Shown here: positions 50,294-60,281 of the stretch, one piece after another
Layout of the letters: each line of letters begins with the position of its first letter
Position numbering within the stretch: the stretch's first letter is position 1
Assembly: GCA_049623905.1 (NCBI GenBank)
Contig: JBMZTS010000001.1
Location: 8,068-72,067 of the forward strand
Source of the DNA: Flavobacteriaceae bacterium
GTDB taxonomy: Bacteria > Bacteroidota > Bacteroidia > Flavobacteriales > Flavobacteriaceae
Reading direction: 5' to 3'
Length of the DNA stretch: 64,000 nucleotides
Notes under the pieces: model-generated
Database searches by the model: none
Told to the model about the DNA's origin: nothing
Seen by the model: the letters and a program-made list of their open reading frames with translations, nothing else
Translations under genes and position numbers: made by a program

Positions 50294-51049
50294 TTACCCC
50301 ACATTCATTCCACCGTCTAAGACCAAAGAATGGCCATTGACAAAGGAGGCTTTGTCTGAAAGTAACCAAAGAATACTTTCGGCGGCTTCTTCAGGTTTTC
50401 CGTGACGTTTGAGCGGGATACGATGCTCTTTTACAAAGTCTAAAACCTTTTGAGGAAGAGGTTGGAGGATGTCAGTTTCCAAAAACGATGGGCAAAGCGC
50501 ATTGACCCGAATATTATGTGCGCCATATTCTATGGCTGCAGTTTTGGTCAATCCTATTACACCGTGTTTGGCGGCTGAATATGGTGCACCATACATGACC
50601 CCTTTTTTACCCGCGAGAGAGGCGACATTGACAATACTGCCTCCGCCTTGAGGGAGTAATATCTTTATTTGTGCTTGTAAACAGAAAAACACACTGTCTA
50701 GATCAATTGAGATAATTTTATGCCATTCATCGGAAGGCATCTGATGTAAGGGAGAGAACATTCCACCAATCCCAGCGTTATTGACAAAATAATGGATGTA
50801 TTGATGGTCTTTGAGGGCTTGTTGATGAACGGCCTCAATTTCCTCTTGTTTCGATACATCTAGTAGGTAAGAGGTGACTTTACCACCACTGTTTTCAATT
50901 TCTTCTTTTGTTTTTTGAAGAGCATTTTCATCAATATCGGTCAAGATAACATGGCAACCAGAGGCCGAAAGAGCAACGGCTGTTGCTCTTCCGATTCCTT
51001 TGGCAGCACCAGTAATGAATGCTGTTTTGTCTTTCATACTAGTTGACAA
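50294..51049 (-). CDS. SDR oxidoreductase
   Basis: TGAAKGIG, NNAGI, YSAAKHG. Confidence 0.88.
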   Translation of the reverse strand: MSTSMKDKTAFITGAAKGIGRATAVALSASGCHVILTDIDENALQKTKEEIENSGGKVTSYLLDVSKQEEIEAVHQQALKDHQYIHYFVNNAGIGGMFSPLHQMPSDEWHKIISIDLDSVFFCLQAQIKILLPQGGGSIVNVASLAGKKGVMYGAPYSAAKHGVIGLTKTAAIEYGAHNIRVNALCPSFLETDILQPLPQKVLDFVKEHRIPLKRHGKPEEAAESILWLLSDKASFVNGHSLVLDGGMNVG

Positions 51050-51058
51050 TCGTACAGA

Positions 51059-54043
51059 CTATAGGTCAAATGTAATTTTACCAATAATACGACGTCCTAT
51101 AACAGGCATGCTTGGGAATGCTCTGTACTCAAAATTAAATATATTAGATCCAGTTAAATCAAAACGGACTTTTGGAGTAATATACACTCCCACATTCGCA
51201 TCAAATAAGTTTTTCTTTTGTACAGTACCAGAGTAAAAACCTTGATTTGATTCAAATTCATCATCGTGCTGAAAACTGAGACTAGCTAACCAGTTGTTTT
51301 TATTATACTTTACACCAGCTCTATATTTAAACTGTGGGGCATTTAGATAAGATGAAAATGGCAGACCATCGTCATCTGATTCCCCAGGAATCCATACGTT
51401 TTGGCTTAAATATGATGCATTTGCCCAGAAGCTAATATTTTCATTGGCAAAATATTCAGCAGCAATATCCATTCCCCAGTGAGTACGAGATTGATTATCA
51501 AATTTACGATAACCGGCCGCTAAGTGAGTTAATCCATCGTCAGGAGCTCTTTCTGAATTGATTGCTCCAAATACAGGAAGTGCTGCAGCTGGGATGAGGT
51601 TTTGTCCAAGCGCATATGTTCCTCCTCCCACAGCTGCTAGGCCACCAATTACTTGGGCTGCTGCAACTGCAAGGGGGGCTACTGGATCAACAACTCCAGG
51701 TATTCCAGCAAAACCATTTGCAATTAATGTTGCTGCATCTATACCAGGGATAAGCGCTGCATTTGCAGTATATGCTGCAGTTAAAGCATCAGTTACTCCT
51801 GGTGTAAGTAGTGGTGCCAAATCAGTTGCAATTGATGTAGCAAGTGGACCAGTTGGATCTGTATCTGGGGTATATGCAAAGGCGGGACCGATAGCAGTAA
51901 AGTTTGTAAAGCCTTTTTGCTCGTAAGTATAAAAATCAACGGCCAAGGATAATTTTTTGGCAATTACACCTTTATACCCGATTTCAAAAGAATTAACGGT
52001 ATTTATAAGGGCAGAACCAGTATCGGTTGGATCAAGTCTTTCGCCATTAAATATGTTATAACCAACACCTGCTCCATATGGGCTACCAAGAAAACCAGAG
52101 CTTCCTGTGATTGATGCTGCTGTTGCTGGATTGTTAAGAACGCTTTCTAAGACACCTTGAAAAGGGATTAAACCAGCGTAATCTGGATTTGTGTTTATTG
52201 CATCTATAGCTCCTGCACCTGCTCCTAAAGCATTTAAAGCTCCAAAAATATAAGCATTTGGAATAGCGCCTGTTCCTTGAGGGACTTCTAGGTTACCTAA
52301 GAATGGTAGTCGTATTGGCGCATTTGGATCAAAGTTTTGTGCCTCAATTTCACCTGCTAACCAAACATCATAAACACCAGGTAAAATAACATTTACAGGA
52401 AAATCAATATATGATTGTAAAGCAGTTGGTATAGAGGCAGAGGAGTTATAAGATGCTCTAATTGAATTATTGTCGTCTAATTTGTAAACTAAGGCTACAC
52501 GTGGCGAGAACCCGATATCATCAACTACTGTAAACTTATCTGCACGAGCGGCATAAGTTAATTCGAGCTTGTCACTCAATTTTGATGTAGCTTGAAGATA
52601 AAGCCCCGTAATCACATAATCGTCAACCAATTCATTACGACCAAAAAGTGTGTTTTGAGAGTCAGAAGTTACATCTCTATGATCAAATCCTACTGTAACA
52701 TTAGAATCTAAGAAGCCTGGCATGTCAAAATTATACTGAACTTGAGCTTCTAATGATGAATTTATAGCGACTTGACGGAAACCTGATCGATATAAAAAAG
52801 TTGGATTGCCTTCTCCACCACCAGTTTTGTGGTTGTAAGATAATAATGCAAAGAGTCCACCAGACTGAACACGTGCCTGAGCCCAATAATCTTCTCCATC
52901 TTGGCGTCCTTCACCTTGAGAGTTAAAAAATATAGCCCCCCCTTTTGCAAAACCACCGGAAATAAATCCAGTTGTATTGTCGTTGGGTCTAAATTCTAAA
53001 TGTGCATTGGCCGAGATATTATCATATTTAGTTGCTAACGGGTTTCCGTCATTGTTATCGTCTAAATCATCCATATCCAGTAACAATGTACCAGTTTGAT
53101 TTCCGTCAACATAACCATTTGATATGGCAGGTTGGTAGATCTCCTGTTTAAATTGTGCAATTTGATCTGCATCTTCAATTGGATCTAGTTCAAAATCATT
53201 TCCAGAAGACCATTTAGCATTGATTTTATATCCAAACTTTTTATCTTCACTTGCATATGCATGTCGAACTGCGGCTCCAACTGTACTCATTTCACCACCC
53301 AATAATTCAACAGTAGTTCCAGGATGATCTATTGAACTTTTAGACATAAAGTGTACAACACCTGAAACCACATTAGGTCCATATAGTGCAGAGGCAGCTC
53401 CTCGAACGACCTCTATTTTTTCGATATCAATATTTGATAAACCAGAGTGTTGAGTAAAAAATGTTCCTGCTGCTGGTGTTGATAAAAAACGATAGTCTAA
53501 GATAGGAAAGGTAGAGGTTCCAAATACTCCTGAACCCGCTCTCATTTCAATATTCAATGTATTCGCTGATTGTTGTTGTATTTGAACACCAGGTATGTTT
53601 ACCAAGTGACGAACAGGATCAACAGCGATAGCCGAGTTTTCAATATCTTTCGAAGATATGATACTTACCGACGAGGGTGCATCTTGAATTTTTTGAGCTC
53701 TTCGCGAAGCTGAAACTATGATTTCTTGAAGATTTTCCCCTGGTTGAAGAGAAACATTGATCGTTTGATCGGCAGAAGTAACTTCAATTGATTGTGAACT
53801 AAATCCAACGGAGCTAATTTCTAGCGTAAACGGTAAGGCTGAGTTGGTAGTGAAGGTAAAATTACCATCAAAATCAGTGTTTGTTCCATCGCCAGTGCCT
53901 TGAATGACAATATTCACTCCAGGAAGTGGTTCATTGGTTTCTGCGTCGGTCACAGATCCACTTAAAGTGGATTGTGCTAGAAGAAGATTAACACAAAACA
54001 GCCCAAGTGCTGCTAGTGTAAATTTCAATTTGTTTTTTTTCAT
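51059..54043 (-). CDS. TonB-dependent receptor with N-terminal carboxypeptidase-regulatory-like domain
   Basis: Signal peptide, TDFDGNF, IIVSASR TonB-box region, IEVVRGAASALYG. Confidence 0.92.
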   Translation of the reverse strand: MKKNKLKFTLAALGLFCVNLLLAQSTLSGSVTDAETNEPLPGVNIVIQGTGDGTNTDFDGNFTFTTNSALPFTLEISSVGFSSQSIEVTSADQTINVSLQPGENLQEIIVSASRRAQKIQDAPSSVSIISSKDIENSAIAVDPVRHLVNIPGVQIQQQSANTLNIEMRAGSGVFGTSTFPILDYRFLSTPAAGTFFTQHSGLSNIDIEKIEVVRGAASALYGPNVVSGVVHFMSKSSIDHPGTTVELLGGEMSTVGAAVRHAYASEDKKFGYKINAKWSSGNDFELDPIEDADQIAQFKQEIYQPAISNGYVDGNQTGTLLLDMDDLDDNNDGNPLATKYDNISANAHLEFRPNDNTTGFISGGFAKGGAIFFNSQGEGRQDGEDYWAQARVQSGGLFALLSYNHKTGGGEGNPTFLYRSGFRQVAINSSLEAQVQYNFDMPGFLDSNVTVGFDHRDVTSDSQNTLFGRNELVDDYVITGLYLQATSKLSDKLELTYAARADKFTVVDDIGFSPRVALVYKLDDNNSIRASYNSSASIPTALQSYIDFPVNVILPGVYDVWLAGEIEAQNFDPNAPIRLPFLGNLEVPQGTGAIPNAYIFGALNALGAGAGAIDAINTNPDYAGLIPFQGVLESVLNNPATAASITGSSGFLGSPYGAGVGYNIFNGERLDPTDTGSALINTVNSFEIGYKGVIAKKLSLAVDFYTYEQKGFTNFTAIGPAFAYTPDTDPTGPLATSIATDLAPLLTPGVTDALTAAYTANAALIPGIDAATLIANGFAGIPGVVDPVAPLAVAAAQVIGGLAAVGGGTYALGQNLIPAAALPVFGAINSERAPDDGLTHLAAGYRKFDNQSRTHWGMDIAAEYFANENISFWANASYLSQNVWIPGESDDDGLPFSSYLNAPQFKYRAGVKYNKNNWLASLSFQHDDEFESNQGFYSGTVQKKNLFDANVGVYITPKVRFDLTGSNIFNFEYRAFPSMPVIGRRIIGKITFDL

Positions 54044-54484
54044 AATTGTTTGATTTATAATTATTACTGGTTTACAGAATGTTTGGGTAGATTACATATT
54101 TGGATCGATATGGGGGATAATTTTGGTTAGAAAAATCACATCCTAACCCTGAAAGATAATAAGATTTTAAGTTTTTGAAGCATCTTAGGTCCTTTTTTAT
54201 CCATTCAATTTTAAATAAGAGTGGGGCATCCCTTTGAATGACTGGCGATAAAACAACTGTTTTTATAAGATTTTTGAAAAAACACCCCCTTGTTTTTATG
54301 GCTTTCACATATTGGAAAAACTTTTGTTAAACGAGGTTTAAAGCAATAGTAGGCTGGTTGACCACAGAGAGTAGATTTCTATTTAGTAATTTTTCACCTA
54401 ACTAATTACAGCGCTTTTTCAATACATAAAAACTATCCAGCAAGCCTTATGCAATCATCAAATTGCCTTGTGCCCTAAATTTGT

Positions 54485-56170
54485 CTAACTTTCATAGAGG
54501 ACGGTTGCAGTGTCTTTATGCCAGGCCTCATAATTATTCTCATATTTCTTATCAACTTGGTTTCTTTTAATTTTCAGAGTGGGAGTCGTTAGACCATTTT
54601 CCACCGTCCATTCGTCATTAACCACTATGATCGTTGATATTTTTTTATACCCAGCCAATTGCTCGTTGACTTCCTCGAGACGTTGATTTAAAAAGAGGGT
54701 TAACGCTTCTTTTGATTTGGATTTTCCAATTTCAGACAATACTACGAGACATATGGGTTGGGGGAGCCCTAAACCGGCAACACATATTTGTTCAAATTCT
54801 AAGATGTCAGCGAAATAACTCTCAAGAATCAAGGGTTCAATGTATTTTCCTTTCGAGGTTTTAAACATGTCTTTGACCCGTCCGGTGATAAATAAGAATC
54901 CATCTTCATCGACGTGGCCTTGGTCACCCGTATGAAGCCAACCGTCCTTGAGGACTTCTGCTGTTAGTTCGGGTTGTTTGTAATATTCTTTCATTACAAA
55001 AGGCCCACGCATCAAAATTTCTGAAGTTTCTGGATCAATTTTCACCTCCACTTCAGGCTGAGGTAAACCAACGGAACCGGGCTTATGGGAAAAGCGGGCG
55101 TCTAACTGTGAAGTGATGGCACAATTTTCTGTCATTCCGTAACCATTGGTAATCAGAATTCCTAACTTTCTGAACCAAGTCCGCTGCGATTCGAGCATGG
55201 GTGCAGCACCAGAGACAATGGCTCTAGCTCTACTTAAGCCCAAAGCTTTTTTAAATTTGCGTTTTAGTAGCCATGAAAGGATAGGGATTTTGATCAGTTT
55301 ATCGAGTTTTTCTTGGGGGATTTTAGATAAAATACCCATTTGAAATTTGGTCCATATTCTTGGAACGGCAAAAAATACGGTGGGTTGCACATCCTGAAGG
55401 TTTTGGGCAAAAGTGTCAAGGCTTTCCGCAAATGAGATGGTTCCTCCAAAGCGGAAAACGGCATATTCTACTACGATTCTCTCGGCAATATGATTTAGTG
55501 GTAGGTAGGAAAAAAAGTCATTCTTTCCATTAAAATCTATCTTTAGAGGGTTTGACTCTAGTGTCAAAACCGCGGTTTTTTCATTGGCTAAATAATTGAG
55601 CACAACCCCTTTAGGATTTCCTGTGGTTCCAGAAGTGTAAATGATGGTCCAAGTGTCTTCTAGCTTGGGTTGGTTAGGGTTTTGAAGAGGCTCAAATTGA
55701 TTGATAAAATCGAACCATTGGTGTCCTTCAGTGATATTGGAATGCCCACTGTAGGTTGGAAATGAAATGATTGGCATTCCTTTTGGCACTCCATTTTTTT
55801 GCTCATCCCAATCTTCAACCTTCCCTACAAAAAGCAAGTCAACATCGCCAAATTCGAGCAGTGTGTTGATCTCCTTGGCGTTGAGGTTTGGAAAAAATGG
55901 CACACTAATATAGCCCGCCATTACAATGGCTAGATCGGCAATAATCCACTCACGACAATTTTTAGAGATCAACCCAATATGTGCGTTTTCTCGCAGTCCT
56001 AGGGAACGGAGTCCTGTGGCTAATTTTCTGGCATATTGTCCTACTTCACCCCAAGTATATTCTTCCCATGTGTCTCCAAAAGGCTGACGTAAAAAGGGTT
56101 TGTCTTTAAAGCGTTTTTCCCACTCATAAAATTTAAAGTCAAATAGGGCAGCATTTGTTTGGTTACTCAT
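54485..56170 (-). CDS. Long-chain fatty acid--CoA ligase
   Basis: YTSGTTGNPKG, YGMTE, GWLHTGD, LTTPTLKIKR. Confidence 0.92.
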   Translation of the reverse strand: MSNQTNAALFDFKFYEWEKRFKDKPFLRQPFGDTWEEYTWGEVGQYARKLATGLRSLGLRENAHIGLISKNCREWIIADLAIVMAGYISVPFFPNLNAKEINTLLEFGDVDLLFVGKVEDWDEQKNGVPKGMPIISFPTYSGHSNITEGHQWFDFINQFEPLQNPNQPKLEDTWTIIYTSGTTGNPKGVVLNYLANEKTAVLTLESNPLKIDFNGKNDFFSYLPLNHIAERIVVEYAVFRFGGTISFAESLDTFAQNLQDVQPTVFFAVPRIWTKFQMGILSKIPQEKLDKLIKIPILSWLLKRKFKKALGLSRARAIVSGAAPMLESQRTWFRKLGILITNGYGMTENCAITSQLDARFSHKPGSVGLPQPEVEVKIDPETSEILMRGPFVMKEYYKQPELTAEVLKDGWLHTGDQGHVDEDGFLFITGRVKDMFKTSKGKYIEPLILESYFADILEFEQICVAGLGLPQPICLVVLSEIGKSKSKEALTLFLNQRLEEVNEQLAGYKKISTIIVVNDEWTVENGLTTPTLKIKRNQVDKKYENNYEAWHKDTATVLYES

Positions 56171-56584
56171 AATAGTTAAGTTTTTAGTTGGACAACACCA
56201 ATAGACTTACTCGTTTGGTGATGCAAAATAAATATAGATTATCGTTTTATTTCCTTATAAATATACGGATCTCTAGATTGATTTTATTGTATTGCTTATT
56301 TCTCATTGTAAAGAAACAGTTTTTTTTTAAAAAAAGCCTCTTCCTGTTTTTAGGAAGGTTTTGTGACGATTGTTTGTCATGTGAACACCAAACCTGTATC
56401 CACTGAAAAGTTCAATTCTTTTTATGAGTTTCATAGGATATAGGTCTGATTCTATTATATTTAGAGAATCTATTGCGCAGTAAATCACGTGGTATAATGG
56501 CCTTAAAGCTCCTAAAAGGCTAGTGTCCAAGTGTTAAAAAAATAAAACAAATCAATAATCATATTCAAAATAAAAAGCAATTAC

Positions 56585-57766
56585 ATGAGAGAAGCACTAA
56601 TAGTATCAACAGCACGAACGCCAATTGGAAAAGCGTATAGAGGAGCATATAATAATACGACTGCACCATCCTTAGCAGGGATTGCAATAGCCGAAGCTGT
56701 TAAAAGAGCTGGAGTAGATCCAGCTAAAGTGGACGATGTGATTATGGGTGCAGCTCTTCAGCAAGGTACAACAGGAGGGAATATTGGTCGAATGGCAGCC
56801 CTAGCTGGTGGATTACCAACAACAGTGAGTGGGATGAGCATTGATCGGCAGTGTTCTTCTGGGATGATGGCGATAGCGACAGCTGCCAAACAAATTGTCT
56901 CGGATCAAATGGACGTAGTGATCGGTGGAGGAGTGGAGTCTATTAGTTTAGTTCAAAACGAACACATGAACACCCATCGTATGGTTGATAAAGCCTTGGT
57001 TGCTCAACACCCACACATCTATATGCCGATGCTTCAAACCGCTGAAGTAGTGGCCAAACGCTATAACATCAGTCGCGAAGCGCAAGACGAATATTCACTT
57101 CAGAGTCAACAACGTACCGCAGCTGCACAAGCAGACGGAAAATTTGACGATGAAATCATAACCACGACCACCACTATGGGGGTAATGGACCGCGAAACAA
57201 AAGAAATTAGCTTCCACGATTTTACCCTTGAAAAAGATCAGGGCAATCGTCCTGAGACCCAACTTGAGGGTCTGTCAGGGCTGAATCCCGTTATTGAAAA
57301 CGGATGTATCACAGCAGGAAATGCCAGTCAATTATCCGATGGGGCCTCAGCAAGTGTTTTAATGGAAGCATCGGTGGCAGCAAAACATAAGGTAACCCCC
57401 CTGGGTATTTATAGAGGGGTAGCTGTTGCGGGTTGTGAACCTGATGAAATGGGGATTGGTCCTATTTACGCGATTCCAAAACTTTTGAAGCAAAATGGAT
57501 TAAGTATGGACGATATTGGCCTTTGGGAGCTCAATGAGGCCTTTGCCGTTCAAGTTCTCTATTGTCGAGATAAACTGGGAATTCCTAACGAATTGATGAA
57601 TGTCAATGGTGGGGCAATTTCTATCGGCCATCCTTATGGTATGTCTGGCGCTAGGATGGTTGCTCATGCATTGATTGAGGGCAAACGCCGCGGTGCCAAA
57701 TATGTGGTCTCTACCATGTGTGTCGGAGGTGGAATGGGAGCTGCCGGTTTGTTCGAGGTGGTGTAG
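56585..57766 (+). CDS. Acetyl-CoA C-acyltransferase (thiolase, PimB-like)
   Basis: [23 protein letters not shown]. Confidence 0.95.
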   Translation: MREALIVSTARTPIGKAYRGAYNNTTAPSLAGIAIAEAVKRAGVDPAKVDDVIMGAALQQGTTGGNIGRMAALAGGLPTTVSGMSIDRQCSSGMMAIATAAKQIVSDQMDVVIGGGVESISLVQNEHMNTHRMVDKALVAQHPHIYMPMLQTAEVVAKRYNISREAQDEYSLQSQQRTAAAQADGKFDDEIITTTTTMGVMDRETKEISFHDFTLEKDQGNRPETQLEGLSGLNPVIENGCITAGNASQLSDGASASVLMEASVAAKHKVTPLGIYRGVAVAGCEPDEMGIGPIYAIPKLLKQNGLSMDDIGLWELNEAFAVQVLYCRDKLGIPNELMNVNGGAISIGHPYGMSGARMVAHALIEGKRRGAKYVVSTMCVGGGMGAAGLFEVV

Positions 57767-57844
57767 AACAAGGACTAACAGAACGGTGGTGATTCCTTTA
57801 TTTAAACTTAAAAGGGATCCAAAGTCGAGATTTTATTTAGCGGA

Positions 57845-57874
57845 TTAAAACTTTTTGATTTTTAGAAGGTCTAA
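57845..57874 (+). promoter_or_regulatory. Putative ECF-dependent promoter, copy 1
   Basis: TTAAAACTTTT-N12-GGTCTAA. Confidence 0.6.
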
Positions 57875-57916
57875 GGCTTGTATGTTTTTTATTATGTCAA
57901 CTTTTTAAGCTCTTTT

Positions 57917-58420
57917 GTGAGAACATCCCAGCCGATTAATTTTAATACGTTGTTAGATCAGCATCACGATACGTTGTATTGGATGATTCGGAAAATAGTT
58001 TTGGTCCATCATGATGCAGAAGACGTCCTCCAAAATACGTGGATAAAAATCTACAAAGGTCTCCCGTCATTTCAAGGAAAGAGTACTCTAAAAACATGGA
58101 TGTATCGAATAGCCTACAACGAATGCATGCGTTTTTTAAAACAAAAAAAGCCAAATTTTAGTTTAGATGAGGTAGATACAGATTACCTCGATTTTTTAGC
58201 TTCTGATCGGTATTTTAATGCGCAAAAGGCCACCCATTTGTTGCATTCGGCTTTGGCGACTTTGAGTGAAAGAGAGCGCCATGTCTTTTCGTTTAAATAT
58301 TTTGATGCGCTAAAGTTTAATGCCATAGCCCGTATTATGGAGCATAATGAGAATTCTGTTAAAACAGTTTATTACAAAGCAGAGAAAAAAATTAAAACGT
58401 ATTTAACTAAACACCATTAA
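57917..58420 (+). CDS. ECF sigma factor
   Basis: DAEDVLQNTWIK, STLKTWMYRIAYN, region 4 HTH. Start taken at GTG 57917. Confidence 0.92.
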   Translation: MRTSQPINFNTLLDQHHDTLYWMIRKIVLVHHDAEDVLQNTWIKIYKGLPSFQGKSTLKTWMYRIAYNECMRFLKQKKPNFSLDEVDTDYLDFLASDRYFNAQKATHLLHSALATLSERERHVFSFKYFDALKFNAIARIMEHNENSVKTVYYKAEKKIKTYLTKHH

Positions 58421-58421
58421 C

Positions 58422-58796
58422 ATGAAAGAATTAAATGACCTTAAGGAAAAACACGATGACTCCTGGCAAAGGCAGTTGGGTTTCAGTACCCCAGATGATT
58501 TTTTTAATAATAGTCGTGAAAACATCAGAAAAATCAGTGATAATGCTTCCGTCACTGAAAGGCGAAGTGCAAGAAAATTTGTAAGGTATGTTGCCGCAAT
58601 TGCCGCTAGTTTGACCTTTCTTTTTGTTCTTGACAAAGTCAACTTTCAGGAACAGTCCCCTCTACAAACTGCTGGGGAAGATGTTTTTGTCACTACCCTT
58701 CTGATCAACGCTTTGCAAGCTGAGGGCAATGAGCTCGATGTTTTGATTCAAGACTCACTTTTGGATCATTTTGAAAACAATTTAGACTCAAATTAA
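58422..58796 (+). CDS. Single-TM anti-sigma-like protein
   Basis: FSTPDDFF motif and YVAAIAAS TM segment, directly after the sigma gene. Confidence 0.75.
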   Translation: MKELNDLKEKHDDSWQRQLGFSTPDDFFNNSRENIRKISDNASVTERRSARKFVRYVAAIAASLTFLFVLDKVNFQEQSPLQTAGEDVFVTTLLINALQAEGNELDVLIQDSLLDHFENNLDSN

Positions 58797-58822
58797 AACT
58801 TTTAAAACCTAAAGAGGTCTAA
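58793..58822 (+). promoter_or_regulatory. Putative ECF-dependent promoter, copy 2
   Basis: TTAAAACTTTT-N12-GGTCTAA with the same spacing as copy 1. Confidence 0.6.
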
Positions 58823-58839
58823 ATAATAACTTAAAGACG

Positions 58840-59325
58840 ATGATTATGAACAATTTAAAAAAGAAATTACTCCCCTATTTTGTTTTTTCAATGGTGTTGT
58901 CCTTTGCTCAGACAAGCACAATAGACTCATTGCGTGAGTCTTCAGCTCTTAGCCGCTTAAGAGAATTAACAGAACAACAAAAAGCGCTTTTGCAAGAGCG
59001 GCGAGAAATCATTAAACAACTCAAAGCCGAGTTTAAAGCATCACTGACTGAAGTTCAGAAACAACTGTTGGAAAATGACTCTATGGACAAACCCATGAGA
59101 CGTAAAGCGTTTTACGAATCATTAACCGATGGACAAAAGGCCATTTATCGTGCGATGCGCAAAGGAGTTGATGCCTCACGAGGTGTTTACCGAAAGAGTC
59201 TTTCAAAAGATCAGAAACATAAAATAATGAAACGAAGAAAGCATAAACTAAAGCATAAGGATAATCACAGTGCTCCTGCTTTGCCACCCATTCCTCCAGC
59301 ATCTCCCAAAAAAGAAAACCCTTAG
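58840..59325 (+). CDS. Secreted helical Spy/CpxP-like protein
   Basis: Signal peptide; LTxxQ-like repeats (LTEQQ, LTEVQ, LTDGQ, LSKDQ). Confidence 0.65.
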   Translation: MIMNNLKKKLLPYFVFSMVLSFAQTSTIDSLRESSALSRLRELTEQQKALLQERREIIKQLKAEFKASLTEVQKQLLENDSMDKPMRRKAFYESLTDGQKAIYRAMRKGVDASRGVYRKSLSKDQKHKIMKRRKHKLKHKDNHSAPALPPIPPASPKKENP

Positions 59326-59411
59326 TTTGTTAGATCGCCGATATCATATAGATTTTTTAGATTTTATTAGAAAAAAGGCTAAATTTGACATTAATCATAA
59401 ACCAACTCTTA

Positions 59412-60248
59412 ATGAGACAGCTTATTCTTGTTTTAGTTTCAACTTTGATATTATTTAATCAGGAGATTTCAGCACAGGAATACAAAGTAAAATTTGATGA
59501 TTTTATTTATGAACACAAAGGCTTGAGTAATCAGGTGGGAGAGCTTGTTCCAATCAATATTGATGAAATAGAGCGTAAAATAGGCTTCTATGTCGAGGAA
59601 AAACTCCCTGGAATCATTGAGTACACCGATAATATTATTTGGGACTCATACCAAACAGTGATTAGTCATTCTACCAAAACCCACAATCACAAGTTTATTG
59701 CACTAGTAAAATTGCGAAATGTAGATGAACTCAAGTTCTTTAATGTCGTTTATAATCCTCTTAAAAAAACAGTAAAAGGCTATTCGAAATGGTCAGCCGA
59801 GGAAAATGAATTCTATTTTGAAGCCGATTTTTTAGCAAAAGAAGCGACTAAACCCAATCTTGTGGCCCTTGAAATTGCTAATCAAGCCAACAAACCCGAA
59901 CTGAATGACTTTATCACTTCTCATGAGGGCTTCATTAGGTTAATGGAAGAAAAAAACAGAGGACAAAGCAATTATGTACCCCTAGACATTAATGTCATTA
60001 ATGAAAAGATAAAAAGTTTTATCGGTCAAACCTTTGGCAATGTCGATTACACACGAAATGTCACTTGGAAAACCTACGAAACCTTTATCAGTCCTTATAG
60101 TTTACATCATTACCACACCTTTTTAGTTCAAGTAATGGTTAGCGGTATGCCCATGGTAAAGTACCTAGATGTTTACCTCAATCCCAAAACAGATAAAATT
60201 TCGACTGACTTTAAATGGGATGACCGTAAAAAGAAGTTTGTAAAATAG
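59412..60248 (+). CDS. Secreted hypothetical protein with an internal tandem domain duplication
   Basis: Signal peptide from MRQLIL and two alignable halves; TAAATTTG box upstream. Confidence 0.75.
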   Translation: MRQLILVLVSTLILFNQEISAQEYKVKFDDFIYEHKGLSNQVGELVPINIDEIERKIGFYVEEKLPGIIEYTDNIIWDSYQTVISHSTKTHNHKFIALVKLRNVDELKFFNVVYNPLKKTVKGYSKWSAEENEFYFEADFLAKEATKPNLVALEIANQANKPELNDFITSHEGFIRLMEEKNRGQSNYVPLDINVINEKIKSFIGQTFGNVDYTRNVTWKTYETFISPYSLHHYHTFLVQVMVSGMPMVKYLDVYLNPKTDKISTDFKWDDRKKKFVK

Positions 60249-60281
60249 GGGCGACCCGAAAGCTACTTACCCCCCTTGCGT

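Noticed and set aside
54072-54308. 78-aa ORF between the ligase and the TonB receptor
   Set aside because: No motifs or protein-like composition. The region is more likely regulatory.
56188-56530. Short ORFs in the ligase/thiolase divergent spacer
   Set aside because: Low-complexity AT-rich translations overlapping probable promoters.
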